A DNA stretch of 64,000 bases from a virus, in IMG/VR virus record IMGVR_UViG_3300037247_001314, positions 1 through 64,000 of that record; one strand, 5' to 3'. The translations under genes and the position numbers were made by a program. Below the pieces are notes generated by a model that did not search any database, was not told the DNA's origin, and saw nothing but the letters and a program-made list of their open reading frames with translations. How positions within the stretch are numbered: the first letter of the stretch is position 1; every line of letters starts with the position of its first letter. This document shows, piece after piece, positions 29,194 to 38,513 of this stretch.

Positions 29194-31687
29194 TGCTCGC
29201 CTTCTTTCTAGCGCGGGCTCGTTGCTGGATGAGTTCGTACGCTTTCTCCTGCGTCTTCTGCGCGTTCTTGGTGCGTGTTTCAGCGACGGGGATGTGTGGA
29301 TTGTCCTCGCGGAAGTTCGCTACCAACGTCGTGCCGATGTCTTGGCGCCGATGTTTCTTTGCGACAACGAGGTTGGTACCGTCGTACTTCGCGATGGGCT
29401 TGCCCTCATGTGTCACCACGTAGTTGGCGCGGGTCGCATCGTCGTTGTGCCCACGATGCACTTCGAACTTGCTGCTGTGCCCTTCAACCTTAAACTCCTC
29501 GGGCTTCACGTGCTCAGTAAGCTTGCTGTGCTTGGGCACGAGGTCGCTCGCGTGGCCGGCTTTAGTCCGTTTGGGTTTACCGAGAAACTCTTCGCGGGAC
29601 ATCTCGTGCGCGTGTTTGTCGGCGTAGATGGGCTTTCCAGCCGCAGTGTGCCCCACCACCTTGCCCCCGCGCGAACCTTCTCCAGCCTTGTTCACGAGGT
29701 CAATAGGTTTGCGCTCCCCGTCGCCCTCGATGATGCGCGCGTCGTCGGTCTGCTCGGGGTAGCGCGGTCGGCCTTCCAGTTGCACAGGATGCCACTGACC
29801 CTCTGGCTGCCGTGTTGCTCCGCGGTTGGTCGGCACATCGCGCATCTGGAAGCTCAGGCGCTCCACCTCGCGTTTGTGCTCTTCGGCGCGGTTCTCCGTC
29901 TCATCCGGCGTGATGATGTTCTTCGTGTTCCCGTGTGCGTCGGCGATCGGGTAGATCTGATTGTCGACTCCGCCCCCGAACACATAAATCTCGGGGTCTC
30001 GACGCACGATGACGTCAGCGCGGTGCTGTGCGTCTTGAAGGTACGCAACTACGCCAGCTACGTCGTGTGGGTTGTGGGGTTTGTCTGGAAGGTCGGCTTG
30101 GATGTTCACCCCGCCGCCGCTGCCCTCCTTGAGGATGAACTGTCCGCCGCCAACAGCAAACGCAGCACCGCTCACCCCCTCGACGTGGGGCAACGCTTTG
30201 AAGAGGGTAACTGCTCTCCGGCGAAGTTTTCGGCGCACCGTGAACCGCGCTTCAGGCTCCAGCGGCGCAGGCGGTGGTGCTACAGGCGCAACGTAGTTTG
30301 GGTTGGGGATAATAAACTCAGGTTCCGCTTTCACAAGCTTGCGCGGTTTGTCGCGCGTGGTCGCGAGTTCCGTTTTGAGCTTGTTCATCGACATCGTCGT
30401 CATGCTGCCGAAGAACCCTTTGTCATCGTAGTTGCCAATGTACGCAGCCTTTGCTTCTGCCGCCGACGAGAAGCCCAGCATAATCTTGTCCTCGTCGTAG
30501 CCCTCAAACTTGCCCTCCAACGTCCGCTTGCGCTGATGCACAATGTACGCGCTTGGCGCGAGCGGGTTTGGGCCGACGAAGCAGTCGACGTGGTCTCCGT
30601 CGACGCCAAGCGTGCGCCGGATGTAGCCGTACGGCCAAAGCATGACGGTTGCGCCATCGGTCTTGTTCTTGTGGTCTTTCCAAAACCGGAGGCCTCCCGC
30701 CCCATTCTCAATAGCCACATCAAGCCCCTGGAACTGCAGCTCTCCGTCCAGACGGTACGCCTTCACCAACGCATCCATATGGAGCGCTTCCAGACGCATA
30801 GCCTTCTCAACGTCCTCAGAGTCCCCTTCGTACTCAACGCCAAACTCGCCGGCAGGAATCATCGTGCCGTCCTCGTCGTAACCCCAGCCCGCAGGAACGC
30901 GCACGATTTGGCATTGGCAGTTTGGGTGAATGGCGCCGATGCAGGCCACCCAGTCAGCAGCTTTCTTGCCTACGTTCGCGCCCGGTGGGGCCAACTGCGA
31001 GAGCTTGAAAATGATGGGAGCGCCATCTGGACCGAGGTGGAGGCGCTTGCAATGTTTGCACGCATCCGGCATCGGAATGAGCGAGACGCGCGCTTCGGGG
31101 CCGTACTGTTTACGGAAGCCATCGCCGACACCCTCCTGCATGACGTTGTGGTTTTCGGTGATGGCAATGCGGTCGAGATCCCGCGTCCAATCCTGCATCG
31201 AATGCCCGAGCCTACTTTTGAGAGTCCCTACTGTTTTCCGGGAGGCAATCTTCTCAGCCGTCTCTGTCCGGATTTTACCCTGCAGCTCTCTGCGCTGTGC
31301 GCGGTCTGCCTCGACAAGGACCTGCCCTGTCTGGAGATCGATGGTATTGCCAAGTCCCACGACGTACTGCGCAGCATTTAGCTTTGCTGTCTGGACAGCC
31401 TGCACTTCCACCGCCGACAGTGGGATGGGGTTCTTTGTGAGTTCAGCTTTCACCTTGGCAAGGTCCCACGTCGGCATGTTGGGGTCCTGGAGCTTGGCCA
31501 CCAGCTGGCCGTAGTTGTACGCCGTCTCGAACAGGTCCTCGTGGCCTTCCAAAAGGCCAGCGTCCTGCAGCTCTTTCACCATCTCCGGTGGTATAGCGGC
31601 AGGGCCGAACACGTCGACGACAAAAGCCGCGTTGTGCTTCTGGATGATGTCCTTCACCACGCGCAGGAGCTCGGGAGTGAGTTTCAC
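29186..31687 (-). CDS. MuF (SPP1 gp7-like) head morphogenesis protein fused to inorganic pyrophosphatase-like and GNAT-like domains
   Basis: RIAITE..DACKHC..IHPNCQC (MuF); IENG..YGYIRRTLGVDGDHVDCFVG..DEDKIMLGF (InPase); VVAKKHRRQDIGTTLV (GNAT motif A-like). Confidence 0.85.
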   Translation of the reverse strand: MKLTPELLRVVKDIIQKHNAAFVVDVFGPAAIPPEMVKELQDAGLLEGHEDLFETAYNYGQLVAKLQDPNMPTWDLAKVKAELTKNPIPLSAVEVQAVQTAKLNAAQYVVGLGNTIDLQTGQVLVEADRAQRRELQGKIRTETAEKIASRKTVGTLKSRLGHSMQDWTRDLDRIAITENHNVMQEGVGDGFRKQYGPEARVSLIPMPDACKHCKRLHLGPDGAPIIFKLSQLAPPGANVGKKAADWVACIGAIHPNCQCQIVRVPAGWGYDEDGTMIPAGEFGVEYEGDSEDVEKAMRLEALHMDALVKAYRLDGELQFQGLDVAIENGAGGLRFWKDHKNKTDGATVMLWPYGYIRRTLGVDGDHVDCFVGPNPLAPSAYIVHQRKRTLEGKFEGYDEDKIMLGFSSAAEAKAAYIGNYDDKGFFGSMTTMSMNKLKTELATTRDKPRKLVKAEPEFIIPNPNYVAPVAPPPAPLEPEARFTVRRKLRRRAVTLFKALPHVEGVSGAAFAVGGGQFILKEGSGGGVNIQADLPDKPHNPHDVAGVVAYLQDAQHRADVIVRRDPEIYVFGGGVDNQIYPIADAHGNTKNIITPDETENRAEEHKREVERLSFQMRDVPTNRGATRQPEGQWHPVQLEGRPRYPEQTDDARIIEGDGERKPIDLVNKAGEGSRGGKVVGHTAAGKPIYADKHAHEMSREEFLGKPKRTKAGHASDLVPKHSKLTEHVKPEEFKVEGHSSKFEVHRGHNDDATRANYVVTHEGKPIAKYDGTNLVVAKKHRRQDIGTTLVANFREDNPHIPVAETRTKNAQKTQEKAYELIQQRARARKKASNG

Positions 31688-32070
31688 CCGAGACGCTCGT
31701 AGCGCGGGTTACCGGGGCCCCATCCCGGTACGACACGAACGGCACGCGCCCTACGCGCCTTTGGCTTGAAAATACGGCGCCACCACGGCACGCGACCAAC
31801 GCGCACGATCTTGTCTACGACGTTGTACGCGGCTGTCTTCGGGATGTCCTTCCAGTACGCAATGTGTTCCACACTAAAAGTGACGTTCTTCGGTGCCGAA
31901 AATCTCAGGCGGGGATCGGGTGTAAAAAACGCGATGGTGCGGCCGTCGTTTACGAACGGCTCAGGAAGCTTAGGCGCGGGCTTCTGTCCAAGCTCAAGGT
32001 TCGCTGTGAGCATTGCTGCGGCGAGGCCAACACCGAGCTTTGCCAAAAATCCTCGTCGTGTGTCGCTCAT
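31684..32070 (-). CDS. Tat-signal protein containing a major-capsid-like peptide
   Basis: MSDTRRGFLAKLGVGLAAAML; KNVTFSVEHIAYWKDIPKTAAYNVV. Confidence 0.6.
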   Translation of the reverse strand: MSDTRRGFLAKLGVGLAAAMLTANLELGQKPAPKLPEPFVNDGRTIAFFTPDPRLRFSAPKNVTFSVEHIAYWKDIPKTAAYNVVDKIVRVGRVPWWRRIFKPKARRARAVRVVPGWGPGNPRYERLG

Positions 32071-32522
32071 GTTGCGTTCCCATCTTTCACGAGCGCAGAT
32101 TTCAACAAGCCGCAAAGCTCGTTGACGCTCATACCGTAAAGCGGGCCGTCTTCCTCGAAGTCTTCGTCGGTGTGCCCTTGCGCAATGAGCGCCGCCTTCA
32201 TCTTAGCAAATGCAGCTTCCTCAATGGCCACTACTTTTGCGGTGTAGTCGGGGCTCTCGCTTTTGATGGTGTGGTCGTCGACCGCTTGGAGAATCTCCGC
32301 CACCATGCGGTCGTACCCTCTGGTCGCGCGTGAGCGCATGCTCCCGTGAAGTTCACGGAGCGCTTGGTGCTTGAGCACGGGTTCGTGCGCGTGCAGGGAA
32401 GCCTTCTGGAGCGCGTTGGCGAGCTCGGGCGCATCGACTGCAAGCGCCTTCGCGAGTTCGTCGAGAAGGTCAGAGCCGCGCTCTGCGAGTTCCCCTTTGG
32501 TGGCGTCCAGACGTAGCCTCAT
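32067..32522 (-). CDS. Hypothetical head-module protein
   Basis: Coupled ORF (MRLRLDATKGE) with LAKA, LQKA and LLKS sites. Confidence 0.55.
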   Translation of the reverse strand: MRLRLDATKGELAERGSDLLDELAKALAVDAPELANALQKASLHAHEPVLKHQALRELHGSMRSRATRGYDRMVAEILQAVDDHTIKSESPDYTAKVVAIEEAAFAKMKAALIAQGHTDEDFEEDGPLYGMSVNELCGLLKSALVKDGNAT

Positions 32523-32926
32523 GGCGTTATGGGATCTCCCCACACCGCCCAAAGGAGTCGCAGGTCTGCAAGCGGAGTGACCTTCAGCGACGTGACGATA
32601 GCCTCCATGAACACTTTCGCGTCTGGAGCTTTAGGCGCGGTGGCTACGTCGGTCTGTCCTCGACGCACCTGGATGACTTGCCCGCTGTTGTTGATTTCTA
32701 GGTCGAAGTCGTTATCGGCTCGCAAGAAAAAACCGTAGATGGTGGTGGGGCCACCGAGGGGGACATCAAACTCGCCGGCAGCAAGAGTGATGTCCCTGGT
32801 GTCGTTGCCCTGGCTAGCGAAGCCGTCGAGGATGGTCTCCGCTAGGACGTCGCTCAGTCCGAGCAAGATGGAGGTGCCATCTTTGTCCTCAGTGAAACGT
32901 GGGTTGACGGTGTGTCGAATGCGCAT
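32519..32926 (-). CDS. Hypothetical virion protein
   Basis: GGAGG RBS; beta-rich; directly after the portal. Confidence 0.55.
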   Translation of the reverse strand: MRIRHTVNPRFTEDKDGTSILLGLSDVLAETILDGFASQGNDTRDITLAAGEFDVPLGGPTTIYGFFLRADNDFDLEINNSGQVIQVRRGQTDVATAPKAPDAKVFMEAIVTSLKVTPLADLRLLWAVWGDPITP

Positions 32927-32935
32927 AGCGCCTCC

Positions 32936-34852
32936 CTACAGGTCGAGGTCAATGTGCAAAACTGCGGCTCGGCGCTCGGCCTTCTTCAGTTTCGTAGCAA
33001 GGTGTGCGCGCTGGCCATCATACTGATCGGCGAGGGCGGACTCTCGCGCTGCGTGCGCCTTGTACTGCACAGCTAGGGCGCGAGCTTGGTCCCGCTCCAC
33101 TTTCAAATCGTGAATGGGCTGCCCCTTGCGTAGCGCCGCATCCGCGCGCATGGCCTCGGTAGGTGAGTGCGTCCAGAGACCGTCGGCGCTCTGAAGCCAA
33201 CCATCCATCCATCCCATCGACTTCGCAGCCGCATCAGGCTTAGCAGGCTTGCCGGGAGGACCACCCTCAACGTTGTTGCTTGCGCCTTCGTCGTCAGCCG
33301 CGTTCTCATTCTGGATGCCATCGAGTTCGCCGCCGAAGCCGTCGTCTTCCTCGCCAGGCTCGGGGGGAGGGGCGAAGTCGCCGACCTCCATGTCCTGCTG
33401 AGCGGCCATCGTCTTGTTCTGCATCCAGACAGGGTTGAGGATGACCTCGCCTTCGCCGTCTGGAAGCGGTGGCAAGTCTTCTTCGGCACGCACTTCGTCC
33501 ACGGTCTTGTACGACGACACGAGCTTGGTGTTGAGGTCTGCGAGCTCCTCGGGCGACGCAGCGTCGAGCCCCACGAAAGCAAACTCGAAGTCCTCGTCGA
33601 TGCGGTGGACGAGGTACGACGACAACCGGTGCGCGATGAACCGAAGCAGCGGTTGCAGCCCTTTGTCTTTCGAGTTCGCGAGCTTCTGTTTGTTGTTGCT
33701 CTCAAACATCGACGATGCGCCGCCGCTGTCGCCGTACTTGAAGTTGATTTCAAGCGGGTCCATCCCATAAATGGCGCACGCAACCTTGATGAGGAAATCG
33801 AACCACGCGCTAAACTCCATGTCTTTGTTGGACTCTTGGAGCTTGATGTATTCCAGACCTTCGGCGTTGGTGATGGGAGTTTTGAACGCGTTCTCGATGC
33901 CGGCGACCATCGAGTACCAGTGTCGACGGAAAGCGCGCAGCTGGCGCTCAGGCACCGCACCCTTGAAGTTGATGATGCCCTTGGAGCTTGTGCCTTGACT
34001 GAAAAACTTTTGGTTGTAGTCCCATGACCAAAGCAGCGACGTCACCGTCGTGATGAGCATCTCCGTCTCAGCAACGCCGTAGCCTTGGTTGCGAATGTCG
34101 GTGACGGGGTTGCGGATGCCGAAGCACAGTTGGTCCGCGCCATACTCCGCGGTGACGAGGCCATCATAAATCTGGACGTAGCGCGTCTCGTCTGGGTTCC
34201 CTTGGTAGTGGAGCTTGGTGGTGTCTGCGATGCGCAACGTAGCGCCGTCGACGGCGTAGAAGTCGAAGGGTTTGTGCCCGCGGTCTTCGCGCACCTCAAA
34301 ACCCATCTGGTCGTAGGTGAGCGCGTCGCGAGTGATTTTGCGAAGGAACGTCTCAAAGTTGTCACGGGCGTTCGGGGTAGCCTCGTCAGCCACCTTGCCC
34401 GTCGTCATCATCCAGTTGGTGATTTCTTTGCTCATCTTCTCGCTGGCACGAGAGGGGGCTGCCTTGCGGTCGCGCAGCTGAATGCGGAAACCTGTCTGGA
34501 ACTTATCCTCTTGCGGCATCGAGAACGACGCCAGCTGGTCGGTGCGAGTTTTGATTATCGCCTGGAGGATGGGCATGCGAAAGACCATCGCCTGCAGCGT
34601 CGAATAGCTGATGGAGCTCGGGCGCTCTTTATACCCGAGCGCGTCGATGACGCTGAACGGGTCCCAAAAAAGTGCCTTAGGCTCCGCCGTGGGGTCGCCA
34701 ATCTCCGACGGGTGCATTGCAGCGGTCGCAGGTGTGTTCTCCGACGGCTGTGCACCATCGTCGTCCTCGTCACCCTGAGCTTTGGCGAGGACGTCGAGGG
34801 CAGCTACCGAAGCAGCGCCCGCGGCGTCTCGCATGGTATCGAACAACCCCAA
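32936..34852 (-). CDS. Portal protein
   Basis: IIKTRTDQ, RDALTYDQ, FYAVDGATLR, YNQKFFSQG, NKDMEFSAW, SKDKGLQPLL, TVDEVRAEEDLPPL. Confidence 0.92.
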   Translation of the reverse strand: MGLFDTMRDAAGAASVAALDVLAKAQGDEDDDGAQPSENTPATAAMHPSEIGDPTAEPKALFWDPFSVIDALGYKERPSSISYSTLQAMVFRMPILQAIIKTRTDQLASFSMPQEDKFQTGFRIQLRDRKAAPSRASEKMSKEITNWMMTTGKVADEATPNARDNFETFLRKITRDALTYDQMGFEVREDRGHKPFDFYAVDGATLRIADTTKLHYQGNPDETRYVQIYDGLVTAEYGADQLCFGIRNPVTDIRNQGYGVAETEMLITTVTSLLWSWDYNQKFFSQGTSSKGIINFKGAVPERQLRAFRRHWYSMVAGIENAFKTPITNAEGLEYIKLQESNKDMEFSAWFDFLIKVACAIYGMDPLEINFKYGDSGGASSMFESNNKQKLANSKDKGLQPLLRFIAHRLSSYLVHRIDEDFEFAFVGLDAASPEELADLNTKLVSSYKTVDEVRAEEDLPPLPDGEGEVILNPVWMQNKTMAAQQDMEVGDFAPPPEPGEEDDGFGGELDGIQNENAADDEGASNNVEGGPPGKPAKPDAAAKSMGWMDGWLQSADGLWTHSPTEAMRADAALRKGQPIHDLKVERDQARALAVQYKAHAARESALADQYDGQRAHLATKLKKAERRAAVLHIDLDL

Positions 34853-34860
34853 GGGAACCT

Positions 34861-37371
34861 CTAGTCGTCGAAGGAAAGCCCATCTGGAGCGTAGACGTCA
34901 CGGCCGGGAACCGGCCGGCGAAGGCCAGGACCCTTGCTGTGGGTCTGCGGCACTCCAGACGCGGGTGCTGGCGACATGCTCTTTTGCATCGTTCCAGACA
35001 GTCGGTCAACCCCACACTCGGGGCACTTGGTCAGCGCCTTCATCACCTGCGTGTTGCAAGCGGGGCACGCTTGGCTCTTGGTAAGGTCGTTGCCCAAGTC
35101 AAAGCCGGGCTGCCGACCGTGGTAGCCGAACGAATCTTTGTCGCTGTTGAGCAGCTCCATACAATCTTGGTCGCTGATATCCGTCATGATGATGCCGCCC
35201 TTCATCATGACCTTTATCTGACGACCATTTTGCAGCGGGGCCTCTTGGCTGGGGCCCACCCCGAGACCCAACTGAACGTCGGCTTCGCCCTTGCGCATCG
35301 CTTGGACAGCAGCGGCACGACGCTGTTGCTCGGCGATGACCTCAACGTCGGCGTGCAGAGGCATGCCGGTCTGCGCGTCGAGGCCGCTCTTGGAGAAAAG
35401 CTTTGAGGAGCTTTCGTTCTGGTGCAGGCCTGGCGAGCCAACTTGGGGGTTGCTTCCAGACGGAGCGCCGGGGCTCATTCCAGACGCACCGCCATGGACG
35501 TCGTGCGTCTTAGCTCGCAACGAGCTTTGGTTGCCGGTATGATTCGGGCCGTAAGCGGGCCCCCCTTGGCTGCGCTTTTCCCCAAGACCAGCGGCGCCGG
35601 TCTGTGGGCTCGACGCTGAGGCTGCGGCCGAGCTTGGGTGGCCTGGCATCGGAGCAGTCGCATCACCGTAGGCGTTGCCTCCCTGGCTGGCTGCTGAGCG
35701 CTGCGCGCCCTGTGCGCCGTACGCGCTCGCGGGAGCTCCAGGGATGATAATCATCCCGTGCTCGTCCTTCATCTTGTCGGTGTCGTTGGGGTCGTCGGGT
35801 GTGAACTGATCGGTCGTTCCCGTCTTTCCAGACACAAGGCTGTTTTGTGGCACGTCAGGCCCTCCTTGATTAGCGCCGTAAGCGTCGCCGGCAGCGCTGT
35901 TCACTTCATTGATTCCAGACGCGCCAGTGCGAACTGCCGGTCCTCCGCCGATGCCCCCATGAGCTCCGACGCCATCGAGCCTACCACCTTCCTCGGTGCG
36001 GCTCACTTCGACGTTACCGGCGTAGCCATTGCGCTCGTCGAGGCCTTGCCGCACACCCTTTGGTAGGGGCTTACCGGTCTTGCCCATTCCGTAGTCCCCG
36101 GTGCCCGGCCCGAGATTACCTTTTCGAAGCCAATCGACAAGGCCGCCGTTGTCGCTCGCAAAACTCTTCTTGGTGTCGTCGGGCACAAGAATGCCCCCCA
36201 CTTTCTTCATCCCATACTTAGCAGCGGAGAGGCCTTGTCGCACAACTGCGCCATCCCCTGAGACGGCATCCTTGCCCGTGTGCTTCTTATGCAAATGATG
36301 GTCGTGGTCACCAGCTTTGGCTTCGTCGTGAAAATCGTCCGCCATGCGCTTAGCTGCGGCAGCACGGGTAGCGGGGTCAAACGCATGGGAGCCACCACCT
36401 CCTGCGCCGCCCATGTCCTTCTTGTATTTCTGTGAAGCGCTCGCAAGTAGGTGCCCGTAGAGCTTCGTTGCTTGAGCGTGATCGTATTTTCCAGACGCCA
36501 TTTTATTGACGAGGTTTTTTCGAATCGGCTCGTGCTGTTGGCGGTGCAGATCGCCGTCGTTCTCCGTGAACATCTGGAGTTCGCGGCTTCCTTCCGCGTC
36601 GTGGTGCTTTGCTGTTGGCGCTGACTTGCCCGAGTGTTTCTTGTCACTCCAAGGGATCTTGTGTGCGGGGTCCGCCCACTTGCCGCCGCGGGCTCCTATG
36701 TACGGGCCCGCTTTGCTGAGGCTATCGCCCTCCTCGACGAGGCCAGCGTAGCTCTTGGAGAACGTGTCTTCAGCAGCGACATCAAGCGCATCGGCTTCAC
36801 CGGCATCGCTGAGCCAAGCGTTGAGCCCCTTATTCATCTCAGAGTAGTCGCCGCCCTTGGCCGCCATTGGTGGGGGGCCTTCGTTGCTCTCGGCGCCTTC
36901 TTCTTTCGCAGCTTCGGCTTCCGCTTCGTCTGGAGCGTTCGCATCCACACCGTCGTCGTCACCATCGGCTTCCGTGCCACCTTCAACGTTTTTCTGCTCA
37001 GCCGGTTTGTCGCTACCGGTCCCACCTTTGAGAAGGTAGTCGAAGCCACTGGAGTCCATTGCGCGTGCTGCGGGCGCGGGAGCGACTGGGGCGGGTGCTC
37101 GAGCGGGCGCTGCAGTTTCCCCACCCTTTTCCAGACGCTCGCTTTTGGCAATGTGCCACTCGTAGCGCTGTTGATGGGCGGTGGTTTGCTCATCGTCGAC
37201 AAGACCGAGCACGACTTCGTCAGGTGCGTCTTGGCTCTTATGCAGGGCACGGGAGGCGTCGCGTGCGAGCGCATGCGCATCGGCGGCACTCTTATGGAGA
37301 GCAAGCGTGTCGTGCTGGACCGCTTGAGCGGTGGCTTCTTGGGCCTTATCGGCGAGGTCGGCGTATTTCAT
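34861..37371 (-). CDS. Low-complexity polyprotein with many hxK[AGS] sites (probable internal head protein)
   Basis: More than 15 such sites; KAGPYIGARGGKW tag; ELQMFTENDGDL..KNLVNK..GKYD module; C-terminal CPAC..CPECG. Confidence 0.65.
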   Translation of the reverse strand: MKYADLADKAQEATAQAVQHDTLALHKSAADAHALARDASRALHKSQDAPDEVVLGLVDDEQTTAHQQRYEWHIAKSERLEKGGETAAPARAPAPVAPAPAARAMDSSGFDYLLKGGTGSDKPAEQKNVEGGTEADGDDDGVDANAPDEAEAEAAKEEGAESNEGPPPMAAKGGDYSEMNKGLNAWLSDAGEADALDVAAEDTFSKSYAGLVEEGDSLSKAGPYIGARGGKWADPAHKIPWSDKKHSGKSAPTAKHHDAEGSRELQMFTENDGDLHRQQHEPIRKNLVNKMASGKYDHAQATKLYGHLLASASQKYKKDMGGAGGGGSHAFDPATRAAAAKRMADDFHDEAKAGDHDHHLHKKHTGKDAVSGDGAVVRQGLSAAKYGMKKVGGILVPDDTKKSFASDNGGLVDWLRKGNLGPGTGDYGMGKTGKPLPKGVRQGLDERNGYAGNVEVSRTEEGGRLDGVGAHGGIGGGPAVRTGASGINEVNSAAGDAYGANQGGPDVPQNSLVSGKTGTTDQFTPDDPNDTDKMKDEHGMIIIPGAPASAYGAQGAQRSAASQGGNAYGDATAPMPGHPSSAAASASSPQTGAAGLGEKRSQGGPAYGPNHTGNQSSLRAKTHDVHGGASGMSPGAPSGSNPQVGSPGLHQNESSSKLFSKSGLDAQTGMPLHADVEVIAEQQRRAAAVQAMRKGEADVQLGLGVGPSQEAPLQNGRQIKVMMKGGIIMTDISDQDCMELLNSDKDSFGYHGRQPGFDLGNDLTKSQACPACNTQVMKALTKCPECGVDRLSGTMQKSMSPAPASGVPQTHSKGPGLRRPVPGRDVYAPDGLSFDD

Positions 37372-37406
37372 GTCAGAACCTTAGCTGAAAGAGACGTTGA
37401 GGTCTT

Positions 37407-38513
37407 TTACCCCTTGGAGCCCGCTGCGCCCAGCTTCTTCACGGCAGCAGGTTTGAGATTTCCGCCCGCGTGCGAAAGTTCGCCAGCGCGGACAGAATCC
37501 CGGATAGCATCTTTGATGAGCTCGTCGTCGTAACCGCCGTAGCCCTTGAGGTCGTCAAGGGAGCAGCCCTTGCCTATGCGCTTGACAAGACCAGCCCGGC
37601 ATTTCTTCTTGAGCACGTCGCGTCCAGACACATGTGCGCCGTCTTGTTTCGCGTAGTCGTCCTCGTTGTAGAAGTAACGGTGCTTGCCCGTTTCCTTATT
37701 CGTCACACGACGGTGGTAGCTACCCCCTCGGGGGTCAGCCTTCCGCATCGACTCATCAAAGTCAGGATGCGAATCGTCGCCGGTGTCGTCATAAATCTGC
37801 TTTGCGAGTTCACGACCAGCTGCGTCCATCGCGAGGCAGTAGCGTTCGCCCGCGCTGAGTTCGCTTTTTCGCAAACCTTGCAACCGCCGCTGTAGACGCT
37901 GCGTCTCGTTGTGGTTGTCGCCATGGTCTCGGTAGTAGCGCGAAGCCCTGACAGTGACAGCTTTGCGCTGCACGGGATCTAGCTGCATGTACTGCAGCTG
38001 GTGGTTGAGCGACGTGCGAAAGTTGACCTCGGGATGTCCTATGTTGTCCCGCACCTGCGTCTGGATTTGCTGCTCTTGCGCAAGAGAGAGCGCAAGCCCG
38101 CGCGTTACGCCGGCTGGGCTGTGCACGGGCTCGTTGAAGCTCAAGAGCTTTGCAGCCGTCCGACCCCCACGAGGCATCGCCGTCAACGCGCTCGGGATGG
38201 TCATGCGAGGGATTTGTCCAGACACGATGCCTGTTGCCTTACTCAGCCCGCCGTTTGCTTCAGTCATCGTGTCGAGGTCGTACTGAACGCCAGTGCCGTA
38301 GAGCCCACTATCATCGACGCTACCAAGCATCGGCTGGTTGTCGGTGACGAGGACATGGAAGCATTCGCCGCTCTTCTCCGTCTTGCTTGTGAACGTGCCG
38401 CCCATCGCTTGATAAACGCCTGAGACGTAGGCGTAGTTTTCGCCTTGGCCTTGCTCTGCTGCCTTTTTTTCCGCGCGCTTCCACTTGTCGTGGTCGGTGA
38501 CATTTGCCGGCAT
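37407..38513 (-). CDS. Probable internal head protein with a ChaB-like N-terminus
   Basis: DKWKRAEKKAAEQGQGENYAYVSGVYQAMGG; MRKADPRGGSY..GKHRYFY. Confidence 0.55.
   Translation of the reverse strand: MPANVTDHDKWKRAEKKAAEQGQGENYAYVSGVYQAMGGTFTSKTEKSGECFHVLVTDNQPMLGSVDDSGLYGTGVQYDLDTMTEANGGLSKATGIVSGQIPRMTIPSALTAMPRGGRTAAKLLSFNEPVHSPAGVTRGLALSLAQEQQIQTQVRDNIGHPEVNFRTSLNHQLQYMQLDPVQRKAVTVRASRYYRDHGDNHNETQRLQRRLQGLRKSELSAGERYCLAMDAAGRELAKQIYDDTGDDSHPDFDESMRKADPRGGSYHRRVTNKETGKHRYFYNEDDYAKQDGAHVSGRDVLKKKCRAGLVKRIGKGCSLDDLKGYGGYDDELIKDAIRDSVRAGELSHAGGNLKPAAVKKLGAAGSKG

Noticed and set aside
29108-31381. 757-aa plus-strand ORF, and other long plus-strand ORFs (19231-20526, 39239-40351, 42832-43881, 51436-52395)
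   Set aside because: They are antisense shadows of well-supported minus-strand genes in GC-rich DNA, with no recognisable motifs
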